A stretch of DNA of 32,000 bases. It comes from Nitratidesulfovibrio vulgaris str. Hildenborough (GTDB lineage Bacteria; Desulfobacterota; Desulfovibrionia; Desulfovibrionales; Desulfovibrionaceae). A model generated the notes under the pieces. That model made no database searches. It saw nothing but the letters and a program-made list of their open reading frames with translations, and had not been told where the DNA came from. The position numbers were made by a program, and so were the translations under genes. The stretch is taken from positions 2,760,001 through 2,792,000 of the forward strand of contig NC_002937.3 of assembly GCF_000195755.1 (NCBI RefSeq). Reading direction: 5' to 3'. Below are positions 6,824 to 14,923 of the stretch, piece after piece. How positions within the stretch are numbered: the stretch's first letter is position 1; every line of letters starts with the position of its first letter.

Positions 6824-7405
6824 TCAGGCAGGTACCTTCGAAGAAGATCGCGACTCGGCTTCGACCTCACGCCGCACCTCGGCGAGGTCGATAACAATGG
6901 GGTCGATGAGGGTGAACCCGCTGGGATTGCACCACGAATCATCATCGGCGCATCTGCCATTGTAGAAGACGGAGTCGACGACATTGTAGCCTTCTGTCCG
7001 GAGAACGCGATCCCAGTTGAGAACCTGAAAGCGGAAGTTCTTCGGGTCGAAGTCCTGAACATCATTCCATATCCACTTGAAATTGCACCACTCATCGTCA
7101 TATCCAAGAACAGCGAGATACTTGGCGCGGCTTTCCAGATACATCCGGCGACGCACGGCATGCACATCGCGGTAAAGAAGCTGGTCGTCGAACGGGGTCT
7201 GCTTTCCGTCAACGTACAGGCGCACCATGCTGTCCGGCCCGACGCGCATGCCGAAGGTGCGAGTGTTACCCTTGCGCCACCAGTTCATATACTTTTCCGC
7301 GTAAATCGCCCGCCCGCGCTTACGTATGGTCTCGGCGGTCTGCGGAGAAACGGGATGAAGAGCGATGTCACAGCTTTGACCAGTGATTTCAAAGATGATG
7401 TTCAT
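6824..7405 (-). CDS. Hypothetical protein, 193 aa, paralog of the 5697-6248 product (orphan family)
   Basis: MNIIFEITGQSCDIALHPVS... The ATG at 7405 has GAGAGGGA upstream. Paralogy to the neighbouring gene supports this strand over the 257-aa antisense ORF 6794-7567. Confidence 0.8.
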   Translation of the reverse strand: MNIIFEITGQSCDIALHPVSPQTAETIRKRGRAIYAEKYMNWWRKGNTRTFGMRVGPDSMVRLYVDGKQTPFDDQLLYRDVHAVRRRMYLESRAKYLAVLGYDDEWCNFKWIWNDVQDFDPKNFRFQVLNWDRVLRTEGYNVVDSVFYNGRCADDDSWCNPSGFTLIDPIVIDLAEVRREVEAESRSSSKVPA

Positions 7406-7487
7406 GGATTCCCTCTCGTACTACAGATTGTTTCCGCCGGGCCTGCAAGGCTGCGTCATGTTGAACCAGCTATTCTGCCCGTAAGTG

Positions 7488-7505
7488 AGCATACACTGTG
7501 CCATT
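7488..7505 (-). promoter_or_regulatory. Candidate sigma-54 (-24/-12) promoter for the 6824-7405 gene
   Basis: The minus strand reads AATGGCACAGTGTATGCT, that is TGGCAC-N5-ATGCT against the consensus TGGCAC-N5-TTGCW. GG-to-GC spacing is correct (12 nt, G to G). It lies about 85 nt upstream of the ATG. Confidence 0.5.
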
Positions 7506-7817
7506 GCGTAATAAGGGATCGCGCATCTGCCAGCACATCCCCGCACTCGCTTGCGAACAAAGCATAGTTATTTTTTTCACAACCTGTCAAGCGTCGCCAC
7601 CTGTTCCGTGCAATACCCAGTCTGCGGGAAATTGCGCGGTTACGCCCCACCAAAGCTCATATTCTTCGCGAAAGACATAGCATGGTGCATGCGCTTTTTC
7701 GCAATTATCACCCTGCCAGCCTTCAGACCGGAGGACACAGGCGCATGGTAGTGCGCTCGCCGTATGAGCCCTTCATGATGATGGACGGTCCAGACGTCGC
7801 ATCATCCGGAAGGCACG

Positions 7818-7866
7818 ACGACAAGACGGGATAGAAGAAGGTCGCTGGTGCCTCGTCATACCGCAA
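7818..7866. repeat. Decayed relic of the hairpin repeat module
   Basis: ACGACAAGA...AGAAGAAGGTCGCTGGTGCCTCGTCATACCGCA versus the canonical ATGACAAGAAGAAGCGGAGGCTGGTGCCTCCGCGACATGACGCA. An exact 11-mer (GCTGGTGCCTC) and an exact 8-mer (AGAAGAAG) sit in the right order. The left hairpin arm is mutated. Confidence 0.4.
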
Positions 7867-8361
7867 GCCCATTCCCTCTCGTCTCCATTCGACCATGCTC
7901 ACTGCCGGTCATGCCCATCAATGCACTACAACTGTTGCGTCCAGAGAAAAACAGTCGGCAAACATCCACAGTTCGATACTGCATCGAACGGCTACACCCC
8001 TCTTCCCAAAAGGGTTTCGCAGCCCCTGCCCGCATCGCGCATGCCCACCGGACAAGCTCGAAAAACTCTAAAAAAAGTCAAACATCAAGACTGATTGGGC
8101 TTTGAGAAGATCATCGTCGGACTTCTGCAACCTCACACCACGAAACTGCAGAACAGGACCATTTCCATGCAACAGTCCCATCGACCTGGCGGGTATTCCT
8201 TCACCGTACAGCCGCGCCAGCATACATGCCCGCCGATGACGGACCATGAACCGTTTTTTTCTTGTCAGCACACAGGCGGTGCAGTAAGGTCGGCATGTTC
8301 AAGTCAGTTCACAACCACGCAACCCCTATCCTCAAGCTGCTACCTTGCACCGAGAGGCAGA

Positions 8362-9687
8362 ATGGCACACCAGAGCATCCCCGGACATGGCAAACGCTTT
8401 CCCGGCCAGCTAGGCATCGTCCTTCTGGTGCTGACTTTCGTTGTGGCAAGCGTCTGCGGGGCACATGCCTCCGAAAGGCTCAATGTGGTATCGGCGTTCC
8501 TGATAGACCAGAACAGCCGACGTGTGCTCTTCGAACAGAACGCTGACGCGCAGATTCCTCCCGCTTCGCTCACCAAGGTCATATCGATGTATGTGGCCCT
8601 CGACCATATCAGGGCCGGAAAGGCCTCTCTCGCAGACAAGGTCAAGATCAGCGCCCGTGCGGCCCGAACAGGCGGTTCTCGCATGTTTCTCACCCGCGGA
8701 GAGACTGTATCGCTTGACGAACTGCTTATGGGCATGGCTGTATCCTCTGGCAATGACGCCAGTGTTGCAGTGGCTGAGCATATCGCGGGCAGTACCGACC
8801 GGTTCGTACAACTGATGAACGCCAAGGCACGTGCACTGGGGATGACGGAAACGACATTCCGCAACGTCAACGGACTGCCTGCAGCGGGGCAGAAGACGAC
8901 AGCGCGAGACATGGGCAAGCTGGCAGTCAGCTATCTCACTGCCCATCCGCAGGCACTGCGCTACCATTCAACGCGCTTCATCAGACACAACAAGGTCATC
9001 ACGACCAACAAGAATCCCATGCTCGGCAACTGCGAAGGGGCCGACGGCCTCAAGACCGGCTGGGTATGCGCGTCGGGCTACAACCTCATATCCACTGTCA
9101 AACGGGGCAACACCCGCCTTGTTGCTGTCGTCCTCGGCGCGGAGAACAGTCAGGTTCGCGGTCAGGAGATGAACAGGCTCATCGACGCAGGCTACAGGTC
9201 GTTACGGGGTGAGGGGCCTTCAGTGGCTGCCGTCCTGCCCCGCCTCTCGCCTGCCGATTATCGGATCGACCTGCACAAGACCAACTCTCTCGCCTATGCC
9301 GAAGTGAGCAAACACAAGAAGAAGATCGCAGCCCGCAAAGGCAAACTGCGGGCAGGCAAGACTGGCTCCAAGCAGCACGCCTCGGCGCAGGTCAGCAAGT
9401 CCTCCAAATCATCCAAGGCCGTCAAAGGCAAATCTCCGGACAAGTCTGCAGCTACATCCAAGGCTGTCGCCACAGTGCGGCGAGAGAAAGCCAAGGCGGT
9501 TCCTTCGAACAAGTCTGTCCGGGCTACCAAGGTGCAGCAGGCCCGCAAGGCTGCCGTCGCCCGCAAGACAGAGACGAAAACGACCGTGAAACGGTCCAAG
9601 CCCGCCACCGCCGCTTCGACCAAGAAGACGGCAGCACCGCCTCGTACTCCCGTACAGCGCGCCGAACGCACAGACAAACGGGGCTAG
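8362..9687 (+). CDS. Serine-type D-Ala-D-Ala carboxypeptidase (PBP5/6, peptidase S11) with a Lys/Ala/Ser-rich C-terminal tail
   Basis: Signal peptide MAHQSIPGHGKRFPGQLGIVLLVLTFVVASVCGAHA. Motifs SLTK (SxxK), SGND (SxN) and KTGW (KTG) are in the correct order. The ATG at 8362 has GAGAGG upstream. The tracked start at 8095 was rejected. Confidence 0.85.
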   Translation: MAHQSIPGHGKRFPGQLGIVLLVLTFVVASVCGAHASERLNVVSAFLIDQNSRRVLFEQNADAQIPPASLTKVISMYVALDHIRAGKASLADKVKISARAARTGGSRMFLTRGETVSLDELLMGMAVSSGNDASVAVAEHIAGSTDRFVQLMNAKARALGMTETTFRNVNGLPAAGQKTTARDMGKLAVSYLTAHPQALRYHSTRFIRHNKVITTNKNPMLGNCEGADGLKTGWVCASGYNLISTVKRGNTRLVAVVLGAENSQVRGQEMNRLIDAGYRSLRGEGPSVAAVLPRLSPADYRIDLHKTNSLAYAEVSKHKKKIAARKGKLRAGKTGSKQHASAQVSKSSKSSKAVKGKSPDKSAATSKAVATVRREKAKAVPSNKSVRATKVQQARKAAVARKTETKTTVKRSKPATAASTKKTAAPPRTPVQRAERTDKRG

Positions 9688-9957
9688 GCGGGGGGCGGAA
9701 CACGCCCCGGCCCGCACGATGTCTTCTCTTTTCTCTCTCCCGGTCAGCCTGATGTCCATTCACGCTCTTCCGCACTTCATGGCAGCCTCGTAGCGGTCAT
9801 GCCCCACGCTTTGCGTGCTGGTGCAGGCTTACATCTCGATGGTGCCGCCTCTCCTCCACTCCATGCTTCTTGCCCGAAGAACGCCTCGGGCGCCTGCCCT
9901 TCAGCAAGGTTGAGTCTCAGCCCCCCTGTCGTGCGAACAAGGCGACAGCGGCAACAA

Positions 9958-9999
9958 GACACGACAGCCCCGGCGCGCAATCGCCGGGGCTGTCGTGTC
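9958..9999. terminator. 18-bp perfect hairpin between the convergent dac and queD genes (probable terminator)
   Basis: GACACGACAGCCCCGGCG (9958-9975), loop CGCAAT, CGCCGGGGCTGTCGTGTC (9982-9999). It lies 45 nt beyond the queD stop. On the minus strand the T-rich stretch TTGTTGCC follows. There is no clean U run. Confidence 0.45.
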
Positions 10000-10044
10000 A
10001 TTCACCCATGGATACCAGCAGGGCAAACATCTGTCTGCGGGGTG

Positions 10045-10407
10045 TCAGGCGGAATGCCCCCTATAGACGGCACCCGATGTGGGACTCTCGCGCACGACGA
10101 CCTTGGAAAGCAGCGGGAGGGATGTCACAAGGCGTTCCCACAGCCAGCGGGCGATGTTCTCGCTTGTGGGGTTCTCGAGTCCTTCAATATCATTCAGGTA
10201 GGCATGGTCTAGCTGGTCCACGACCGGGCGCGCCACGCGCTTGACGTCTCCGAAATCCATCACCCAGCCGTTGTCTCCGTCGAGAGGCCCGGCAAGGTGG
10301 ACTTCAACACTGAAGGTATGCCCGTGCAGGTTGCCGCACTTGTGCCCCTTCGGAACACAAGGCAGACGATGTGCCGCGTCGAACGACAACGTGACGAAAA
10401 GTTCCAT
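10045..10407 (-). CDS. queD: 6-carboxy-5,6,7,8-tetrahydropterin synthase
   Basis: MELFVTLSFDAAHRLP...GHKCGNLHGHTF.VEV...G.VMDFGD.K is the QueD/PTPS signature with Zn-binding His residues. The ATG at 10407 has GGAG upstream. Confidence 0.9.
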   Translation of the reverse strand: MELFVTLSFDAAHRLPCVPKGHKCGNLHGHTFSVEVHLAGPLDGDNGWVMDFGDVKRVARPVVDQLDHAYLNDIEGLENPTSENIARWLWERLVTSLPLLSKVVVRESPTSGAVYRGHSA

Positions 10408-10669
10408 GACGACTCCTGACGTATGATATCGGTCGAACCGGGCGACCGGATTGATGGATTTCCACCCGGGAAAACAGCGTGCCATCTCAGAAGGCTGCGC
10501 ACTCTGATTGCCTGAGGACGAACAGACATGGCCCATGACAGGGCATCGTCTATCCGGCATGGGATGCTTCTGGCGGCATTATCACGTGCCGATGCCGCGG
10601 GATGGGACACCCCGCCTGACCATTGTCCGTACCGGATACCATGCACCGGGACGGTTGAAAACGCCCCGG

Positions 10670-11320
10670 CTAGGGGATTCCGAGGTACTTGTGCGTCTGG
10701 AGGCAAAGTCGCCATCTGGGATGTGCAAGGCACCACCGCACAGCCTCCGACTCTGCATCGCCTCTGCCTGCATCCCCAAGTCCGTCTCTAGGCTGCATGA
10801 GAAGGTAGGTGAAAGCGAGAGATTCGTACGATTCAGGGCAAATGCCCTGCTGCGGCCAGACGAGTTTGAGCTCATCCCCGGAGGTGACGGCAAGCCGGGT
10901 TCCGGCCTTCGGGCTCACGGTCACCCAGTCTATGCCCTCCGGCAGGCGAACGGTGCCGTTGGTCTCGATAGCGACTTCACAGCCGTGGGCATGGAGGATG
11001 TCGATCAGGGGACGGTCGAGTTGCAAGGCAGGTTCGCCGCCGGTGAAGACGACATACGGACGGTATCCTTCTCCGGTCTTGTAGGGAAAGGCGGCGAGGA
11101 TGGCTGCGGCGAGCGTCGCGGCATCTTCGAAGACGCCCCCGCCCGGACCATCGGTACCCACGAAATCAGTATCGCAGAAGGGGCACACGGCAGCGGGCCT
11201 GTCCTGCGCCCACCCCGTCCACAGGTTGCAACCCGAGAAACGGCAGAACACGGCGGCACGCCCTGCGCGCATCCCCTCGCCCTGCAACGTGTGGAAAATC
11301 TCTTTGACACGATACGTCAT
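10670..11320 (-). CDS. queE: 7-carboxy-7-deazaguanine synthase (radical SAM)
   Basis: [32 protein letters not shown]...CPFCDTDF is a QueE-type N-terminus with Cys cluster. GGEP and ETNG blocks are present. Confidence 0.9.
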   Translation of the reverse strand: MTYRVKEIFHTLQGEGMRAGRAAVFCRFSGCNLWTGWAQDRPAAVCPFCDTDFVGTDGPGGGVFEDAATLAAAILAAFPYKTGEGYRPYVVFTGGEPALQLDRPLIDILHAHGCEVAIETNGTVRLPEGIDWVTVSPKAGTRLAVTSGDELKLVWPQQGICPESYESLAFTYLLMQPRDGLGDAGRGDAESEAVRWCLAHPRWRLCLQTHKYLGIP

Positions 11321-12045
11321 CGCCCTTCCCCATGGACCGCATGACCGGCGACGTACGCATCCCAGCCTGCGCGCCGCAGTTCACAGGCGGGGCATGTGCC
11401 GCACCCGTACCCCCACGGATGCCGGACATCGCGCACACCCTTGTAGCAGGTATGGGAACGCTCGAGCACCAGTTCGACGAAATCCTGCCCGCCCTCATCA
11501 CGCGCCATGTCCCACGTCTGCGCCTTGGTCAGCCACATGAGCGGCGTGTGCACCACAAAGCGGGACTCCATACCCAGATTCAGGGCCACCTGCATCGCCT
11601 TCATGGCATCGTCACGGCAATCGGGGTACCCGGAGAAATCCGTCTCGCACACACCAAGGACAAGATGCCTGATGCCCTGCCTGTAGGCACATGCTGCCGC
11701 AGCCGTCAGGAACATGAGGTTGCGCCCCGGCACGAATGTGGAGGGCAGCCCGTTGCGACCCATCTCGATGGCCACGTCATGCGTCAGTGCCGTCTCGCCC
11801 AGTTCGCGGAAGAGCCCCATCTCGACGACGGTGTCCGTGCCGAGATGCGCTTTCCATCCGGGGCGGACGTCGCCGATGGCGGCAAGAACGTCCTGCCTGC
11901 ACTGCATCTCCACATCATGCCGTTGCCCATAATGAAAGCCGATGGTGGCCACGGTGCGGAAACGGTTGAGGGCCCAGCCGAGACACGTCGTGGAATCCTG
12001 CCCACCGGAAAAGATGACAAGGGCATTGCCGTCGCAAGAAGGCAT
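11317..12045 (-). CDS. queC: 7-cyano-7-deazaguanine synthase
   Basis: [14 protein letters not shown] (PP-loop SGGxDS) and C-terminal CYKG....[16 protein letters not shown] (Zn-binding Cys cluster). The ATG at 12045 has GGAGAA upstream. ATGA overlap with queE. Confidence 0.9.
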   Translation of the reverse strand: MPSCDGNALVIFSGGQDSTTCLGWALNRFRTVATIGFHYGQRHDVEMQCRQDVLAAIGDVRPGWKAHLGTDTVVEMGLFRELGETALTHDVAIEMGRNGLPSTFVPGRNLMFLTAAAACAYRQGIRHLVLGVCETDFSGYPDCRDDAMKAMQVALNLGMESRFVVHTPLMWLTKAQTWDMARDEGGQDFVELVLERSHTCYKGVRDVRHPWGYGCGTCPACELRRAGWDAYVAGHAVHGEGR

Positions 12046-12422
12046 CTTGGTTCTCCAGTATCGATGAATTGTATGTATGATGTTACGCCGGTGGAAGATG
12101 CGGGCCATACGGTGGAAGCACAGACCTGACAAACGGACCGGAGTCGCTTTCCGCCTTCCGCTGCCCTACGAGGCATGACAATGTCACCGGACGCACGTTT
12201 CGCATCTGGCTATACCGCCATGAAGGACTTGTAAAGCCACACATGCCGATGTGATACTCTTGTACCGACGCAACGCGAACTCACTCCAAATGCCTGTCGT
12301 TCTTGCATTGTCAAACAAAACGACCTATGCAATGACTCACGTTTGAGGCCCCATGACGCACCAAGGCGCAACGGGTGCCACGGTCAGGCGCAGACATGCC
12401 ACTTCGACCACGGGAGAAGGCG

Positions 12423-13988
12423 ATGCCCCCTCGCATACTTCACCGCCGCGACATCCTGCGTTACGGGCTTGCCGGACTCCTTTCTCTCGCAACGCATCCT
12501 CTTGCCTGGGCGGTCGCATCCGAACGCCTCCCCGTCACCGGATTCGGGGCACGCACCTTCGACACCCCTGTCCCCTTGCACGGTACACCCGACGGGCCTG
12601 CCATGCTCGAAGCCTGCCAGCCGCTTGCCGTCTCCATCGGCCCCGGGGCCCCGGGCGGCAACGCAGCGCCCTTCGCCTTCACGATGGCCCGCAACACTGC
12701 CGCGGCCCTTGAAGAGAGCAGTCATCCGGGCTCTCCGCTTCTGCGTCTCCAGTCCGGCTGCACATTCCGCGCCCGTGTCAGCAACAAACTCACCACACCC
12801 TGCACCCCCTTCTGGCGGGGCCTGTTGGCAGACTGGCAGACGCCCCTGCCCGCCAGCCCTCTCGAATCCGGCGCAGAGCATACCTATGCCGCCACCGTGC
12901 GAAACAGGGCGGGTACGCTTCTCTATCAGGCACTGACCCCCGGCATGGCCGCCCCGCAAGTACAACTGGGGCTGTGCGGCCTGATGCTCGTCGAAGACGC
13001 CACCGAACGCCTTTTCGCCCGCCAGTACGACCTGCACCTCGGCACTACCGACCTCCCGCTGCTCATCCACGACTGCACTCTGGACGGGCTGGGCGCATAC
13101 GCGACGACGCAAGCGGCCTTCGGCAACGCCCTGCTGGTCAACGGAGTCATAGGCGGAGTCATCGACGTACCTGCCGCCTTCGTCCGGCTACGGCTTGCCA
13201 ACGGCTGCGCGTCACGCATTCTCGATGTCGCCCTGCAACATGCCGGAAAAGACCTGCCGGTGACGCTCATCGGCACGGACTGCGGACTGCTTCCCTTCAC
13301 TGAACGAGTCGAAGGATCGTTTCTCGGCCCCGGAGAAAGGGTTGAATACCTCGCAGACCTCAGGGACATCCCTGCCGGGACCGACATCTACATCGTCAGT
13401 CGCGCCTTTCCGTCCTCCTATTTTCCTGGCAGGACAGCCATACCGCCTGAAGGGACACCCTTCGCGCTCTTGCGCCTCCGGGTCGGCGCACCGACCGGGT
13501 CCCGCATCACCACGCCAGCACCGATGCGACTTGCGGAACCCTTCGCCCCTCTACCGGCCCCGGGCGGCCCGGCCCGCAGGGTCTCCATCGTCTGGCCCCA
13601 CGGCCTTCATGCCATCGACGGTCAGGCATGGACCGACACTCCCCTGCAACTGCCCCATCGACAGCGCGAAACATGGGAGTTCAGCAACGCCGCAGACGGC
13701 GTTCCCTACCCGCTGTACTGCGGCGGCCTTGCCTTCCGTGTCCTGACGCGTCGCGGCGGACCACCAGCGGTACAGGCGCGTGCCACGCACCCGGAAGGGA
13801 GACACCCTGCGGATGAGGGACTCAAGGACACCGTCATCATATGGCCCGGCGAAACGGTCCGCATCTCGCTCGATTTCAGCGTCCGCCGTGCGCCGGCGGC
13901 CATTCCCCTCGTCTTCGGGGCAGCACGCCTCGACGCATTCGACGCAGGGCAACGGCGCACCATCGTCCTGCCGCCTCTCACTCGTTGA
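12423..13988 (+). CDS. Tat-exported multicopper-oxidase-fold (three-cupredoxin) protein lacking the copper ligands (SufI/FtsP-like)
   Basis: Twin-arginine signal MPPRILHRRDILRYGLAGLLSLATHPLAWA. MCO-like blocks are present with the His residues replaced: TPFWRGL (for HWHG), GTLLYQAL (for WYHxH), YPLYCGG (for HPxHxHG), LVFGAARLDAFDAGQ (for HCHxxxHxxxGM). The ATG at 12423 has GGGAGAAGG upstream. Confidence 0.7.
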   Translation: MPPRILHRRDILRYGLAGLLSLATHPLAWAVASERLPVTGFGARTFDTPVPLHGTPDGPAMLEACQPLAVSIGPGAPGGNAAPFAFTMARNTAAALEESSHPGSPLLRLQSGCTFRARVSNKLTTPCTPFWRGLLADWQTPLPASPLESGAEHTYAATVRNRAGTLLYQALTPGMAAPQVQLGLCGLMLVEDATERLFARQYDLHLGTTDLPLLIHDCTLDGLGAYATTQAAFGNALLVNGVIGGVIDVPAAFVRLRLANGCASRILDVALQHAGKDLPVTLIGTDCGLLPFTERVEGSFLGPGERVEYLADLRDIPAGTDIYIVSRAFPSSYFPGRTAIPPEGTPFALLRLRVGAPTGSRITTPAPMRLAEPFAPLPAPGGPARRVSIVWPHGLHAIDGQAWTDTPLQLPHRQRETWEFSNAADGVPYPLYCGGLAFRVLTRRGGPPAVQARATHPEGRHPADEGLKDTVIIWPGETVRISLDFSVRRAPAAIPLVFGAARLDAFDAGQRRTIVLPPLTR

Positions 13989-14161
13989 CAGCACGAACAC
14001 TGCCCCCTACTCTCATGAGATACCTACATGTGCCACATGCCGCCGCAGGCATCACCTCCAGCAAGACGGAGAAGCGGCCCCCCTCGCCGGAGACAGGACG
14101 GCCAGACACTGCGCGCCGATTTAAGAAAGACATCGTGGAACACCACAACAGGCAGAGTATC

Positions 14162-14899
14162 ATGCGCCGTGCGTTCACCCTGATCATCATGACCTTCGTA
14201 CTGACGATGCCCCGTACAGGCGTCGCTCAGCCGCTTGTGTTCTTCGACACGGTGAACCCACCCTTCATGTACGAATACAATGGCACGGTCACAGGCATCT
14301 ACCCTCGTCTCATCGGGGAGGCCTTCTCCATCATCGGGGGCACACCGAAAGTGGCCGCACTCCCATGGGGCAGACTATATGCAGAACTCACGGCTGGCCG
14401 GGGCTGCGTCGGCGGTCTCTACTACACCCGCGAACGTGACAGCCGCTTCCTGCTGACCAAGGCCTATTTCCACGAAGAACTGCTGGCGGTCTTTTCCGCC
14501 GAATCCGGACGTGAAGCCAGGACCATGGAAGACCTTGCGGGGCTTCGCGTCGGGCTGGTCAGCAACTGGAGTTACGGCGACCTTTTCGATGAAGCGAGAC
14601 GTCGCGGGCTGTTCCGGCCCGAATTCGCAGGAAGCGAAGAACAGAACCTGCTGAAGGTGGCTGGCGGCAGGCTCGATTGTACCATCGTGGCGCGCGCTTC
14701 GGCCATCTGGCTAGGAGAACGACTGGGCATAACGCGCAAACTCCACATAGGCCCGACGCTGGACAGACGTGCCATTCACATGGCCCTGCCCCGCAGCATA
14801 GAGAACGTGCACCTTCGAGACAGGCTTAACGACGCCATCGACCTTCTCTTCAAGGCCAACCGTCAGGACGCCATCGCCGCCGAAGAGGTCATGCGCTGA
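14162..14899 (+). CDS. Periplasmic solute-binding protein, family 3 (amino-acid ABC type), orphan
   Basis: Signal peptide MRRAFTLIIMTFVLTMPRTGVAQ followed by an SBP_bac_3-like sequence (PPFMY...G..TGIYP.L..EAF...G......LPW.R). No permease or ATPase gene is adjacent. The tracked start at 13841 was rejected. Confidence 0.7.
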   Translation: MRRAFTLIIMTFVLTMPRTGVAQPLVFFDTVNPPFMYEYNGTVTGIYPRLIGEAFSIIGGTPKVAALPWGRLYAELTAGRGCVGGLYYTRERDSRFLLTKAYFHEELLAVFSAESGREARTMEDLAGLRVGLVSNWSYGDLFDEARRRGLFRPEFAGSEEQNLLKVAGGRLDCTIVARASAIWLGERLGITRKLHIGPTLDRRAIHMALPRSIENVHLRDRLNDAIDLLFKANRQDAIAAEEVMR

Positions 14900-14923
14900 C
14901 GGGCGACGCACCGCCGCACGGGC

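Noticed and set aside
6824-7405. PilZ-like reading of RKRGR plus NPSGF in the orphan protein.
   Set aside because: The RxxxR motif is fortuitous, and the second motif does not fit D/NxSxxG spacing. The motif order and distance are wrong for PilZ.
7970-7990. GTTCGAT-ACTGC-ATCGAAC hairpin, considered as a possible tRNA T-arm.
   Set aside because: No cloverleaf can be built around it, there is no GTTCGAATC-type T-loop, and the stem is 7 bp with a 5-nt loop.
8095-8361. Long N-terminal extensions offered by the ORF track: the dac gene from 8095, the solute-binding protein from 13841, the oxidase-fold gene from 12375, queC from 12132, queD from 10560, ridA from 4550, the Fe-S subunit from 25662, the kinase from 27847, and rluA from 29394.
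   Set aside because: In each case an internal ATG with a good Shine-Dalgarno sequence yields the expected N-terminus (signal peptide, Tat motif or conserved family start). The extension is low-complexity or overlaps the upstream gene.
10469-10484. Sigma-54-like TGGCACGCTGTTTTCC on the minus strand upstream of queD.
   Set aside because: The invariant -12 GC dinucleotide is TC at the required spacing.
12046-12422. preQ1 riboswitch upstream of queC (and in the queE-queD spacer at 10408-10669).
   Set aside because: I could not find the compact P1 stem plus the A-rich ACUA/SD tail of preQ1-I, or anything resembling class II or III. The CCGG-UCGC-CCGG string near queD only superficially echoes the UCGC loop. 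A covariance-model scan is needed to be sure.
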